A stretch of 63,897 bases of DNA, filler included, from Octopus bimaculoides (GCF_001194135.2; 10 parts of 8 records of this genome joined end to end with filler, not necessarily neighbours in it), one strand, 5' to 3'. Positions 27,445 to 39,155 are shown, counted from the whole stretch's first letter. The notes: generated from the sequence alone by a model not told the origin. A program made the numbers and translations.

Positions 27445-27660
27445 TATCCGTCCGGAGTCTATGTATGTTTTGTGACTTAGCCTTGAGAAGTAACTCTGCA
27501 GCTCTCAATCCCGAGTTAAAGGACATGTTTCCTTCATGTTTTCTTTTCCTTCCGAGGAGACCAGTAGCTGATCAAATGTACAGTTTTTCCTCCCCAGATC
27601 ACCAATATTATCCTCAATGAAAAGTAAAGATCGATACAGTTCGGCACCAGCCAACATTAT
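27445..27660 (-). mobile_element. Possible decayed RTE LINE 3' end
   Basis: Minus-strand peptides LLFIEDNIGDLGRKNCTFDQL and GLRAAELLLKAKSQN loosely resemble RTE C-termini. Confidence 0.35.
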
Positions 27661-27722
27661 CGCAGTTGTTGCCCACAATTGAGACTACAAGGTGCTTCAA
27701 AAAAACTCTCAAATTGAACATT

Positions 27723-27927
27723 CTTACTCTTTTACTCTTTTACTTGATTCAGTCATTTGACTGTGGCCATGCTGGAGCACCGCCATTAGTCGAGCAAATC
27801 GACCCCAGGACTTATTCTTTGTAAGCCTAGTACTTATTCTATCGGTCTTTAGCCGAACCGCTAAGTAACGGGGACATAAACACACCAGCATCGGTTGTGA
27901 AGCGATGTTGGGGGGACAAACACACAA

Positions 27928-27962
<35 letters not shown>

Positions 27963-28142
27963 CACATATACATATATACGACGGGCTTCTTTCAGTTTCC
28001 GTCTAGCAAATCCACTCACAAGGCTTTGGTCGGCCAGAGGCTATAGCAGAAGACACTTGCCCAAGGTGCCACGCAGTGGGACTGAACCCAGAACCATGTG
28101 GTCGGTAACCAAGGTACTTACCACACAGCCACTCCTGCGCCT
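27723..28142 (-). mobile_element. CORE-SINE family S1, full and well-preserved copy
   Basis: Complete head, core, microsatellite and tail with CAGTC-AAAT-GACTG hairpin. Confidence 0.92.
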
Positions 28143-28577
28143 ATTCTTGATAAATATTTCAACAGTAAACGCACAATATATACAGGTCAAACCCATACTG
28201 GTAACTATAGCAAAAAATCGGCAAGACATTGGCTACATGGGGATACCATTAGCATCTACCTAACTTTACTAGTGTCGCATAAATGGTCACGTAAAATGTG
28301 GGAGTTTTTTCTGCCGCGCCCATTATAGGTTATCTCTTCTGACTTTCTTAATGGTCCTTGGATTAGACCTTGATCAATACATTTTCTTATCTATCGACTT
28401 TATCGATCCAGAAAGAATGGTCTTGACGGGATTTAAGTTCAGAGCGCAAGAAAAAGAAGAACGAAAGTGTGTGAGTGTGTGCGTGTATGTGTGCGCCGAT
28501 GTTTATTTTCATTCTATCGGCATATTGACATTGTGTTTGTTGCTGTTGTTGTTGTTCATGTTCTTGTTATTTGCCTC

Positions 28578-28790
28578 CAGCGAACTGGAAGAATCGTCGT
28601 TAACACGCCGGACAAATGTTTAAGCGGCATGTTTTCCAATTTTACGGTTCTGAATTAAAATTCCGCCGAACTCCCTTTTTCTTTTTGATCCTTTTCGGAG
28701 TCAGTAAAATAAGTTGCTCACAATGGCGCTCCAGCATGACCGTAGATGCATGGCTGAAACGAATGAAAGAATAAAAGAATAACTCCCTTA
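28578..28790 (+). mobile_element. SINE with S2 head and CR1-type (T1) tail
   Basis: ACACGCCGGACAAATG... head, then GGCGCTCCAGCATGACCG...GGCTGAAAC and (GAATAAAA)n. Confidence 0.7.
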
Positions 28791-29109
28791 CAAAATGACC
28801 TTGGTTATTCTGCCGTTTCCAAATCATCGAAAGAACCTCCTTCCAGTTTGTTGCCTTCATCGTAGAAAAGCATACTCCGGATAGTTCCCATCATCCTCTC
28901 TGGTCTTTCATCCCTACCTACTTTTCGATAAACCCAATAGTAGACAGCACCTCCCTCTCTACCCTCACTCTCTTCTTCAAATTGTACTGAAGAAATTGAC
29001 GCGAGTTTGGTCAGGTAGGAAAGTACCTGTCTTCAAACCTTCCAAGCTAGTCCACCTCAAAGTCTCTTTTACCACAGCCACCAAGAAGAGGAAGATGTTC
29101 TTCCTCTCT

Positions 29110-29332
29110 CTTATTTCTTTATTGCCCACAAGGGGCTAAACATAGAGGGGACAAACAAGGACAGACAAAGGGGTTAAGTCGATTACATCGACCCCAGTAC
29201 GTAACTGCTACTTAATTTATTGATCCCAAAAGGATGAAAGGCAAAGTCGACCTCGGCGGAATTTGAACTCAGAAGGCAACGGCAGACGAAATACCACTAA
29301 GCATTTCGCCCGGCGTGCTAGCGTTTCTGCCA
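29110..29332 (-). mobile_element. SINE family S2 with T2 tail
   Basis: Close match to 17706-17935; tail TTTAGCCCCTTGTGGGCAATAAAAGAAATAAG. Confidence 0.9.
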
Positions 29333-29839
29333 GTAGTGTCTTGATCTTCTCGATACACTCGGCGAACAACCGGATTATTCTTAAACGAGACATCAGCTGT
29401 CCGACCCAAGCCTGCAAGTCGCTAATGCACGCCGGACGATTTCGTGTTCGGCATGAATTTCGGAGAGTTTCGGCAATTGGCGCCTCCATTCCTAAGGTGC
29501 TATTCTCAAACAGGTAATGCTCCATCCCCCGCCACTGTTGCGCTGCCATGCCAAAAACTTTTCGAAGTTGTTCTAGTCTTCGACTTGAAAGTTTTCGAAA
29601 AGAAACTACGCTTTCGGTGGAGTTGGTTTCTTTCAATATCCAAAGTAAAATCTGGGCTCATATCTTCAACAAACCCTCTAAAAAAATCTGGAGTTGTTTG
29701 CCGCTACCGGCTTTGATCAACTGGAACAATGGCTGTGAGCGCCTGGCAATATTCTAGATTCGAAACGTCCAATGAGTGAAGCGCGCTGAGATGATAATAA
29801 CTTTTCCTTCTAAATTTGGCAGAAAGCAAGCGACTTTAA

Positions 29840-29995
29840 GGGGAGGCGGTAAGCGATTATACCGACTCTAGTACTTTATTTTATTGAACCAGAAAGAATG
29901 AAAGTTAGGGCTGACACCTGGATATGGCCTCGATAAAGTAACATATTAAGAGCCGGAAGAAATGTCGCAAATATTATATCCGACGTACTAAAGAT
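29840..29995 (-). mobile_element. SINE family S2, strongly decayed
   Basis: Residual GAAAGAATGAAAG and CCGGAAGAAATGTCGC segments. Confidence 0.45.
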
Positions 29996-30080
29996 ATATA
30001 CACGCACACACACACACGCGCACACACAGAAAAATGCACACACATGTATGTATGTATGTATGTATATATATATATATTTA

Positions 30081-30386
30081 CAGTTCTATATTTAAGAGAT
30101 GAGGAATTATTTACATTATTTACAATTGACGGATATATGACGGGCATATGGTGTAGTGGTTAAGAGCGCGGGCTACTAACCTCAAGATTCCGAGTTCGAT
30201 TCCAGGCAGTGACCTAAATAATAATAATAATAATAGCAAAACCGAAAAATACCTTAGGAATGAGAACCCAGGTTCGAAATTTCCCCCAAGGCACCTGATG
30301 AAGGCTGGAGGGTATATTAGCCGAAACGTTGTGTTAACAAGAAGCAAGATGAGGACAAATATCCGTCAAATGTAAATAATGTAAAT
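30081..30386 (+). mobile_element. tRNA-head SINE-like element HH-A with 5' inverted tail copy
   Basis: Inverted tail 30081-30136; A-box-like TGGTGTAGTGG 30149-30159; B box GAGTTCGATTCC 30192-30203; (AAT)n; hammerhead; 3' end ATATCCGTCAAATGTAAATAATGTAAAT 30359-30386. Confidence 0.85.
30289..30335 (+). ncRNA. Minimal type I hammerhead ribozyme (predicted, dimer-type)
   Basis: GGCAC (stem I) CTGATGA A GGCTG-gagggtatat-TAGCC (stem II) GAAA CG TT / GTGTT (stem I'); all conserved core nucleotides present; palindromic ACGT stem III. Confidence 0.7.
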
Positions 30387-31052
30387 ATATATATTTGTTT
30401 ATATTTTTATATATGTGGTGGTGGTAGTGGTGGTTTGCAGCGGCGGGGATGGCTGTGGTAATGATGATGATGATAATGACGATGATGAAGCATATAAATG
30501 CCGCTCTAATTAGTCAACTAATTTGAACTGTTTTTTTTTTCCTTCTAATTCATTAAATAATTAAGACTAATTCATACATCTGTTTATTTCGAGTTCCTAT
30601 CCTGCGGTAAGTAAGCGTTGTTTTAGCAACAACAATCCCTTGGTCTAAATCTTTTATACTTGGTGGGTAACCTAACAAGATATATTCACCCGTTTACACG
30701 GGTCATTTATCTGAATGATATTTAAAGAATTTACACAGGTATAGATAGAGATTGGTGTTTCTAATCCTTCAGTTTCGCCTTATCGATTTTAAATTCCAAC
30801 CGGTTTCAACTTTAACCTCATGGTTCGAAAACAGTATCAAGTTTTGCTGTTAATTGACACCGGTCAGATATGATCGGACAAATCAGTAACTAAGGGTATT
30901 CCAGCCGTGCCCACCTCTACCCCATTATTTTTCTAAGTCATTTTATCTCGGACTCTGTTATATTATATGACCTTCTTTATGTAAGCCAGTTTGGATATGC
31001 TGTAAAGGAATTCTGGCGTCTATTTCCAGCAGGCTGATTGAACATGCAGAGA

Positions 31053-31119
<67 letters not shown>

Positions 31120-31249
31120 GGGGTCCTTGGTAGCTAGATAGAAATACCAGTTATGTCATCGGGATATGTGGTGTATACAATCTCCACCACACACACACAT
31201 ATATATATATAGTAAACAAGATACAATCATTGTAAAGAAGCAAACTAAA

Positions 31250-31257
31250 TCATCATT

Positions 31258-31294
<37 letters not shown>

Positions 31295-31322
31295 ACATCA
31301 TCATCAGCATCATCATCATCAG

Positions 31323-31357
<35 letters not shown>

Positions 31358-31376
31358 GCATCATCATCATCATCAG

Positions 31377-31414
<38 letters not shown>

Positions 31415-31460
31415 ACATCATCATCAGCATCATCATCATCAGCATCATCATCATCATCAG

Positions 31461-31497
<37 letters not shown>
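31250..31497 (+). repeat. Interrupted (CAT)n microsatellite with 120-nt higher-order duplication
   Basis: 31261-31339 is repeated exactly at 31381-31459, including the CAA/CAG interruptions. Confidence 0.9.
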
Positions 31498-31498
<1 letters not shown>

Positions 31499-32334
31499 GC
31501 CTACATCCGCTTTCCCCTAATCTCCGCCCCCACCTTAGGGCAGAGTATCAATTACCTAATACTCACCAGTCCTTCCATCTTTCCCCTCCATAAACTTTCG
31601 TTTTTATTTATTTTTTCTTTATAATTTAATTAAGGAATTTTGGGGTAAATGATACTTTTATTTCGAGTATTTAGTTGTGCGTGTGTGTTTGCGGATATCT
31701 ATATATATATTTCTCTGTCCTTCTGTCTCGCTCATTATCTCTCTCTCCCTCCCCCTCTCTCTCTCTCTCNNNNNNNNNNNNNNNNNNNNNNNNNNNNNNN
31801 NNNNNNNNNNNNNTTAATTAATTAANNNNNNNNNNNNNNNNNNNNNNNNNNNNNNNNNNNNNNNNNNNNATATATATATATATACATATATATACACACA
31901 CACACACACATATATATACATATATATATATACATGTATATATAGCATGGAAAATAGACATTAAATGATGATGATGATGATGATATATATAGACATATAG
32001 ATATATATTCTAATGCATTAATGCTTCTTTACTAATACTTTCGTTAATCAATATATATTTCCTTGTCATTGAAAATCGACTTTTTAACTGTCCAGCCACT
32101 CAAACACAAGTAAATATAGTAAAAAAGTTACATGCTTACAGCTAACAACTGAATCTATAGAAACGGATGTTTACGTTATCAATATATAACTAACTTCTTA
32201 ACTACTGATGACATGGTGTTTGAGGAAGGGACTGGAATGTAATGGGCTTAAAGTATGATAAATCAGACAAATCAAGCTAGCAATGAGGGAAAATACTATG
32301 TGATTGTGAGCCAATTAGGAAAGGAGACTTTATT

Positions 32335-32520
32335 CTTAATTCCTTTGACTCCATTTGGAGGATAGGGTGCCAGCACGAGACCTCCATCTGTCTCAATCTT
32401 TGGCAATGGATTGCAGTTGTCCCCAGATGTGGAACCCTATCAGTGATTCGTTTTCTGTGAACCTTCTCCACTTTAGTTTTGGTCTGCCATGCATTTGTCC
32501 GAGAGGTGTCCATCAGAGGG
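32335..32520 (-). mobile_element. RTE LINE 3' end
   Basis: WTPLGQMHGRPKLKWRRFTENE...WGQLQSIAKD*DRWRS matches the RTE WTP..GRPKxTWRR...DRxxWR C-terminus. Confidence 0.75.
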
Positions 32521-32646
32521 TTGCCTAATAATGTTAGAAATGGAAAACAGTAACGTAACGGAGCTTATATATACTTACTTTATTCATTCAAATGAGGAAT
32601 CAAAATGGATAACGTAGTCCTTGATGTATTTTTTATGAATAAAATA

Positions 32647-32947
32647 GGTGCAGGGATGGCTGTGTGGTAAGAAGCTTGCTTCACAACCACATGGTTCTGG
32701 GTTCAGTCCCATTGTGTAGCATCATGGGCAAGTGTCTTCTGCTATAGCCTCAGGTCAACCAAAGTCTTGTGAGTGGATTTGGTAGAAAGAAACCGAAGGA
32801 AGCCTGTCATATGTATATATATAATATATACTGACACACATAAATATACATACAAACAGAAATATCATCATCATCATCGTTTAACGTCCGCTTGATGATG
32901 ATGATATATATGTATGTGTATATATATATGTATATATACACGCATAA

Positions 32948-32979
<32 letters not shown>

Positions 32980-33408
32980 NNNNNNNNNNNNNNNNNNNNN
33001 NNNNNNNNNNNNNNNNNNNNNNNNNNNNNNNNNNNNNNNNNNNNNNNNNNNNNNNNNNNNNNNNNNNNNNNNNNNNNNNNNNNNNNNNNNNNNNNNNNNN
33101 NNNNNNNNNNNNNNNNNNNNNNNNNNNNNNNNNNNNNNNNNNNNNNNNNNNNNNNNNNNNNNNNNNNNNNNNNNNNNNNNNNNNNNNNNNNNNNNNNNNN
33201 NNNNNNNNNNNNNNNNNNNNNNNNNNNNNNNNNNNGTTTATGTCCCTGTAACTTAGTCGTTCAGCAAAAGAGACCGACAGAATAATTACTAGGCTTACAA
33301 AGAATAAGTCTTGGGGTTGATTTCTTTGACTAAAACCCTTTAAGGTGGTGCTCCATCATGGCCGCAATCAAAAGACCAAGATGTGTAAAAGAAAGAATAA
33401 AAGATAAG
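32647..33408 (+). mobile_element. CORE-SINE family S1 spanning a gap
   Basis: Head and core 32647-32810, tail 33236-33408. Confidence 0.8.
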
Positions 33409-33647
33409 ATGTATATTTGAAACACTCTGATCATAGTTTACTTGATCTGGCATGATATGGGGCTAAACAATATATATTCTTTAGATTTTCCAAAGACCAG
33501 GATCTTGACCATTCTCTCATTGTAGTACAAATATCACTGGTGATTTACCAAGCAATTTCCACAAAACTCTACCACTTAAACCAATGAGAAAGCCTTATTT
33601 TGCAAGGATAGCAGCCAAATTTATGTAGAAACACACACACACACACT

Positions 33648-33995
33648 GTCTTAAAAGAAAAAACTCATTGGAATAATACACTCTATGTATGAATAAATAA
33701 GCGGAGTTTAGTTTGAGTTGAAATGGCAGTGGACTTCCATACCAGCCGAAGAATAGCGAAGGCTTGCCAAGCCTTCTTGCTTCTTGCAGTGATGTCCTCG
33801 TCTGATCCACTTCATTTGCTGATCTTGCTTCCGAGATAGACAAGCTCACTAACGAGGATGCCCGAAGCAGACATGGAAGTGGAGCATTTTGGACGAGCTC
33901 AGGACCACCAGCCTGACACTGGAAACAGCCAAGAAACATGCCAATGACCGCAAAAAGTGGAAAATAACTGTTGAGGCCCTGTTTTGCTCCACAGG
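33648..33995. mobile_element. RTE LINE insertion with inverted 5' segment
   Basis: Minus 33853-33648: VSELVYLGSKISK*SGSDEDITARSKKAWQAFAILRLVWKSTAISTQTKLRLF; plus 33853-33995: RGCPKQTWKWSILDELRTTSLTLETAKKHANDRKKWKITVEALFCST. Confidence 0.85.
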
Positions 33996-34745
33996 GGGCA
34001 AAAAAAAAAGGATTAAGGAGAAGAATGTATGAATAAAACATGAATGGTTATGGTTGGAAAAATTTTGATCAAATACTTGTCTCTGATCAGAACTGGCCAA
34101 GCATTATTATGTTATCATTATCACCAGCAACACTACTGCTATAATCGCTCCTCCTCCTCCTCCTCACCATCATCATCATCATCATCATCATCACCATCAC
34201 CATCACCATCACAACCACCACCACCACCACCTCCTCCTACAACTTACCACCACCTCCTACAACCTACCCCCACCACAACAGCAACAACAACAATTATCAT
34301 CAACATCACTACCACCACCTTGACCAGGTTGGTATGGGGTTAAATGACAATTGCAATATCATCCTAAACATTACTCTCCATCGCATTCATGTATTTTAGT
34401 TGTGCATTAGTTGATGTTAATGACTGGCGGTTTCGTTAAGTTATAATTATTGATGAAGCAAACAAGAGTAGAACAACCCCCCCCCCCCATCGCACCTCAT
34501 CACCCACCACCATTTATGTCACTGCCCCCTCCTTCCCCAACTGCTGCTGGCATAACAAAGACCACCTCCATTTCTGTTGAAATCAAAGTTGCTGTCACCA
34601 CCACCACCACCACCACCGCCGCCGCCGCCGCCACCACTAACACTGNNNNNNNNNNNNNNNNNNNNNNNNNNNNNNNNNNNNNNNNNNNNTTAATTAATTA
34701 ANNNNNNNNNNNNNNNNNNNNNNNNNNNNNNNNNNNNNNNNNNNN

Positions 34746-34796
<51 letters not shown>

Positions 34797-34859
34797 GCAC
34801 AGAGAGAGAGAGAAAGAACGTATGCGTCAGTCTTCATGTATGACAGATTGACTGGCGGA

Positions 34860-34903
<44 letters not shown>

Positions 34904-35226
34904 NNNNNNNNNNTGGTGGTGGTGGTGGTGGTGGTGGTGGTGGGCTGGCACGAAACAACCGACAAACGCAGTGAGCTGTAAACAAGATGAGACTAGCAGG
35001 GTTGGTGCGGTCTCTCTAAGCTATACAACCAGCAGAGTGACATTGCTTAATGCAATGCACGATAAAATGCGTTGCAGAATACACTTGGAGTCAGTCGTGT
35101 GTCAGACGAAATCTCGAGAAATGCCGTCTTCGCTGTATGTCTGCCTGTCTGTTCTGTCTACCTGTTTGTATGTCTGCCTGTTTGCATGTGTGAGAGTGTA
35201 TGAGAGAGTGTGTGCGTATGTGCGTG

Positions 35227-35278
<52 letters not shown>

Positions 35279-35343
35279 GCACAGAGAGAGAGAGNNNNNN
35301 NNNNTATGCGTCAGTCTTCATGTATGACAGATTGACTGGCGGA

Positions 35344-35413
<70 letters not shown>

Positions 35414-35509
35414 ACCTGTATTTATCTACATAACTATATCTCACTCTCTTTGCATATACATACACATGTATATATGTTTGTGAGGGTATTGTGTATATAT
35501 ATATTCTCC

Positions 35510-35685
35510 TTCGGGTTGTGACGCCAGTCCATCGCATGACTATTCATGTCTACCAGCTGGATGGACTGGATGAATATGAAATGAAGTATTTGGCTAAAAA
35601 AACACAACGGATCGCGAGGTTCAAGAAACGAAAACACAATCCTACAATCATGACTGTAGGACTTTTACTACTAAACCACGCGCTG
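35510..35685 (-). mobile_element. Decayed tRNA/CORE SINE with V-domain-like segment
   Basis: Reverse complement contains a tRNA-like head, a core-like segment and GCGATGGACTGGCGTC. Confidence 0.55.
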
Positions 35686-36597
35686 TCCACTATATATATG
35701 GACTTTCTTAATCTACTACACCCATAAAAAAAAGAAAATAAAAACAAAATTTGGTTTAATAGTAATTCTCTTTATAGACAAGGGAAGCAACTCCGAGATT
35801 AAAATTGCTTAATATTTCATGGAGACGGTTAATGGTTGCTAAATAAGTGACGAATTCGACAAGTTTTAGAATAATTATTATTAAAATCATTGTACATGAT
35901 CAGACCATCTCCACTTTATGTCTTCTTTCAAATTTTAAATCAGTTTGTATTTTGATATTCTGTCATTGACTTCCCAAAAATTAGTACTAATTCTAATGTC
36001 TTTTAATTGATTAAACTTTTTTTTTTTTGCTTACTCATTGTATATTATTTACCATGGCTTAAGTATATATTCTGTATGCAGACAGTAACTTAGGGAAAAT
36101 TTCTCTCTACATGTCTCTCTACTTGTCCAATTGTCTACCTGCTTCTTCTTCTCTCTTTGTATATTTTGCCTGTCTGACTACCGATTGATACAAGTATGTA
36201 TAAAAACATATATTGTATAAATAACTATCTATTACCTCTATCTGCGCCAACATTAGCGGCAACGATAATATTAGCAATCTGACCCACAATTCCTACAATA
36301 ACAACAACAACAAGAAGATCAAAGAGCGAAATAAGGTGGCTAGGAAGTCTATACGCAGTCAATCTGCTGTATCTTCCTCAGAAACTACATTACTACCTTC
36401 AAATATAATTGAATATATAGGATAAACTAAAAATGAAAGAAAAAAGAAAGAAATAAAAGGACTCGTCAGTGACCGAATGTGATAAGAGCGAGTTATAGGT
36501 TATACACGGAAATGTGTCTTCCTACATGTACGAACGCTGTCAAGGTAGTACAGAAGCCATACATGATTGGCTCTAAGACACTTACAATAGTTATTTA

Positions 36598-37066
36598 TCT
36601 TTTACTTGTTTCAGTCATTGGACTGCGACTACGCTGGGGCACCGCCTTATGGAGTTTAGTCGAACAAAGCAACTCCAGTACAAAATTTCAAAACTTGAGA
36701 CTTATTCCATTGGTCTGTTTTGTTGGACCGATAATTTGCGGGGCATAAACAAACCAACACACGTTGTTAAGTGACGGTAGGGACAAAGAAAAAGAAACAC
36801 ACACATACATACACATATACATACATACATACATACACACAGACAGACAGACATACAGACAGACAGACAAACATACATATGTGTGTGTGTGTGTGTACGA
36901 TGGGCTGCTATACAATTTCCGTCGACCCAACTGACTCGCAAGGCATCCGTCGGACCAGAGCTACAGTAGAAGACACTGGTCCAAGGTGCCACATAGAGGG
37001 ATTGAACTTAAAATTACGTGAATGCAAAGCGAGTTTCTTAGAGGCACAACCATGCCTGAGCCTCCT
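36598..37066 (-). mobile_element. CORE-SINE family S1, diverged variant
   Basis: Tail with CAGTC-CAAT-GACTG hairpin, central microsatellite, core GGCACCTTGGACCAGTGTCTT. Confidence 0.8.
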
Positions 37067-37548
37067 ACAAAATTAGCCTGATCGACTATCTATGTGCCAT
37101 ATGACTGTTCGATCAGAGCTCACCTGGATCTGCTTAAACGCAACCTGATAAGAGCAGCAGAAAAACCTGTAAATCGTACATTACCATCTTAAATAAAGAA
37201 GGATATACTAGACAATGTAGTAACTTATATATAGATGTAAGAAGAAGAGTTGTCTGGGCTGGAGTAACTTTGCTCATAGCCTGGTAGAACAGTGACAATC
37301 TGCGTTAAAATAACAACAGCTACAACATCAAAATCAAGAATAATTACATAAAGAACAAATGCAGCAACAACAACTAAAACAGAAACAGCTGTAAGGACAG
37401 CAAAAATTGTAAATAAACTGCAGTAGTCAGCAAGGCCACTTCTACGTAATCACTCGTCCTGCCAGAAATAGTAACCTAATCTTATTCAACTCACACCCAT
37501 CTATCTTAAAAATAGAAGGATAATGTAGCCCTAGATACTTTCTTTCTC

Positions 37549-37850
37549 GCTTTTTCAAAGCCTAGCCAGGCTCATAGGCCCGGTTTCCCGGTTTCTATGG
37601 CGTATGTGCTCCCTCCCCCCAGCTAGACGGGACGCCAGTCCATCGCAGCGTTACTCAAGAAACAGGAAGAAGAGTGAGAGAAAGTTGGAGCGAAAGAGTA
37701 CAACAGGGATCGCCACCACCTCCTGCTGGAGCTTCGTGGAGCTTAGGTCTTTCGCTCAATAAACACTCACAACGCCCGGTCTGGGAATCGAAACAGCGAT
37801 CTTCCGACCGCGAGTCCGCTGCCCTAACCACTGGGCCATTGCGCCTCCAC
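37549..37850 (-). mobile_element. SINE family S3 head/body with V-like (T5) tail
   Basis: Head GGAGGCGCAATGGCCCAGTGGTTAGGGCAGCGGACTCGCGG..., B-box-like GTTTCGATTCCC; tail GCTGCGATGGACTGGCGTCCCGTC...GAGCCTGGCTAGGCTTT. Confidence 0.85.
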
Positions 37851-37984
37851 AGCCCTAGATACACTATACTTCAAATAGAGGATGGCCACGGTTTGTGGAT
37901 CATTAATCATAAATTTGCTCAATCAAGGTTGACCTTGGACAACATAGTATTTTCGTTTACCACAGCAGCAAAGGTTGTGAGCCG

Positions 37985-38180
37985 ACAAAATCATTAACAC
38001 GCCGGACAAAATGCTAAGCGGTATTTCTTCTATTTATTTATGTTCTGAGTTGAAATTTCACCTTTCGTCCTTTTGAGATCGATAAAATAAAGTATCAGTT
38101 GAGTAATGGAGTTGACATAATCGACTAACCCCTTCTCCGCCCAAAACTTCAGGCCTTGTGCCTACAGGAAAAAGAAAGAA
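37985..38180 (+). mobile_element. SINE family S2 with T3 tail
   Basis: ACACGCCGGACAAAATGCTAAGCGGTATTTC head; tail CTTCAGGCCTTGTGCCT. Confidence 0.7.
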
Positions 38181-38262
38181 CCACCACCACAACAACAACA
38201 ACAACAACAAAGACAAAAATGACGAAAGCGCTTAGCAAAGATAAACGATTGTAACTATATCT

Positions 38263-38582
38263 GATACTCCGTCAGTTGCGGCGACGCGTGTTTCAATTGA
38301 TCCGATCAACGGAACAACCAGCTGGTGAAATTAGCGCGCAACTGGCTGAGTAATCCACGGACACGAGTATCCTGAACGTAGTTCTCGGGTAGATTCAGCG
38401 TGGCAGGGAATGTGACAATGATGGCCCTTTGAAATACAAAGTACTACTCATTTTTGCCAGGTGAGTGGAGTAGAGCAACGTGAAATTAAGTGTCTTGCTC
38501 AATGACAGAATGCGTCGCCGGAAATCGAACTCACGAAATTATGATCGAGAGCCGAATACCTCTAACTACTAAGCCATACGTC
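38263..38582 (-). mobile_element. SINE family S4 (tRNA head, CORE body, T4 tail)
   Basis: B box GAGTTCGATTTCC, core TTGAGCAAGACACTTAATTTCACGTTGCTC, tail GTTCCGTTGATCGGATCAA. Confidence 0.8.
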
Positions 38583-39091
38583 TTCGATAAACAGCTACGT
38601 CAATAGAAATAACATTAACAGACACGGCAATAACAAACACAAACAAATGCATTCCCTCACTGATGCCTGTTTTTTTTTTTCTTGTTGAATCCACCAAATG
38701 GTGGTGGGTAATGGAGGACATTTTTATCTGATTTTTGTATTTTTTCGATTGCGACTGCCTTTTCATTTTCATTTTACTTCGTCAGACAGACAAGTCTCCC
38801 CTACTTCAGTTTTAAAAGCCAGGACCTGGTACTGAGATATTCCAATCGGCTCACTTGAGCACCTTCGACGCCTTGCGTATTCCTAGACTACGTGACTAGG
38901 TTTCGATTAAGTGATATCGCTGTCTTGAATTCCATTTTGGTACGATGCGAGAAGTTCAGTTAGTCTACTATTACTTTCCTGATACGAAAATTCTTTGCCC
39001 TTCCGTCGTCCGAACTAGGAAACTTAATCTCTCCCTTTTTTTTTTATTCCTCCCCTTCTCTGCCTTTTGTTGGTCTCTTTGTTGTCATTGC

Positions 39092-39155
<64 letters not shown>

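Noticed and set aside
29730-29775. Hammerhead candidate around CGAAACGTC at ~29761
   Set aside because: No CUGANGA upstream and no stem I or stem II complementarity.
30142-30214. tRNA gene (also the tRNA-like heads at ~37780-37850, 51260-51329, 62415-62487)
   Set aside because: A/B boxes are present but there is no convincing acceptor stem and each continues into SINE bodies; these are SINE heads.
31166-31624. Poly-Ser/poly-Met ORFs and the many YI, CV, HT, RE and X-rich ORFs in the track
   Set aside because: They are translations of microsatellites or N gaps, not genes.
34910-35120. Promoter or enhancer call for GC-richer unique islands (also ~57740-57870)
   Set aside because: Only short generic motifs (TCAGTC, CACGTG, TGTTTAC-like); not supportable without expression or chromatin data.
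34786-35410. Apparent duplication of GAGGCACAGAGAG...TATGCGTCAGTCTTCATGTATGACAGATTGACTGGCGGAATCTATC
   Set aside because: Both copies are identical and bounded by short N runs and microsatellites; most likely redundant contig overlap.
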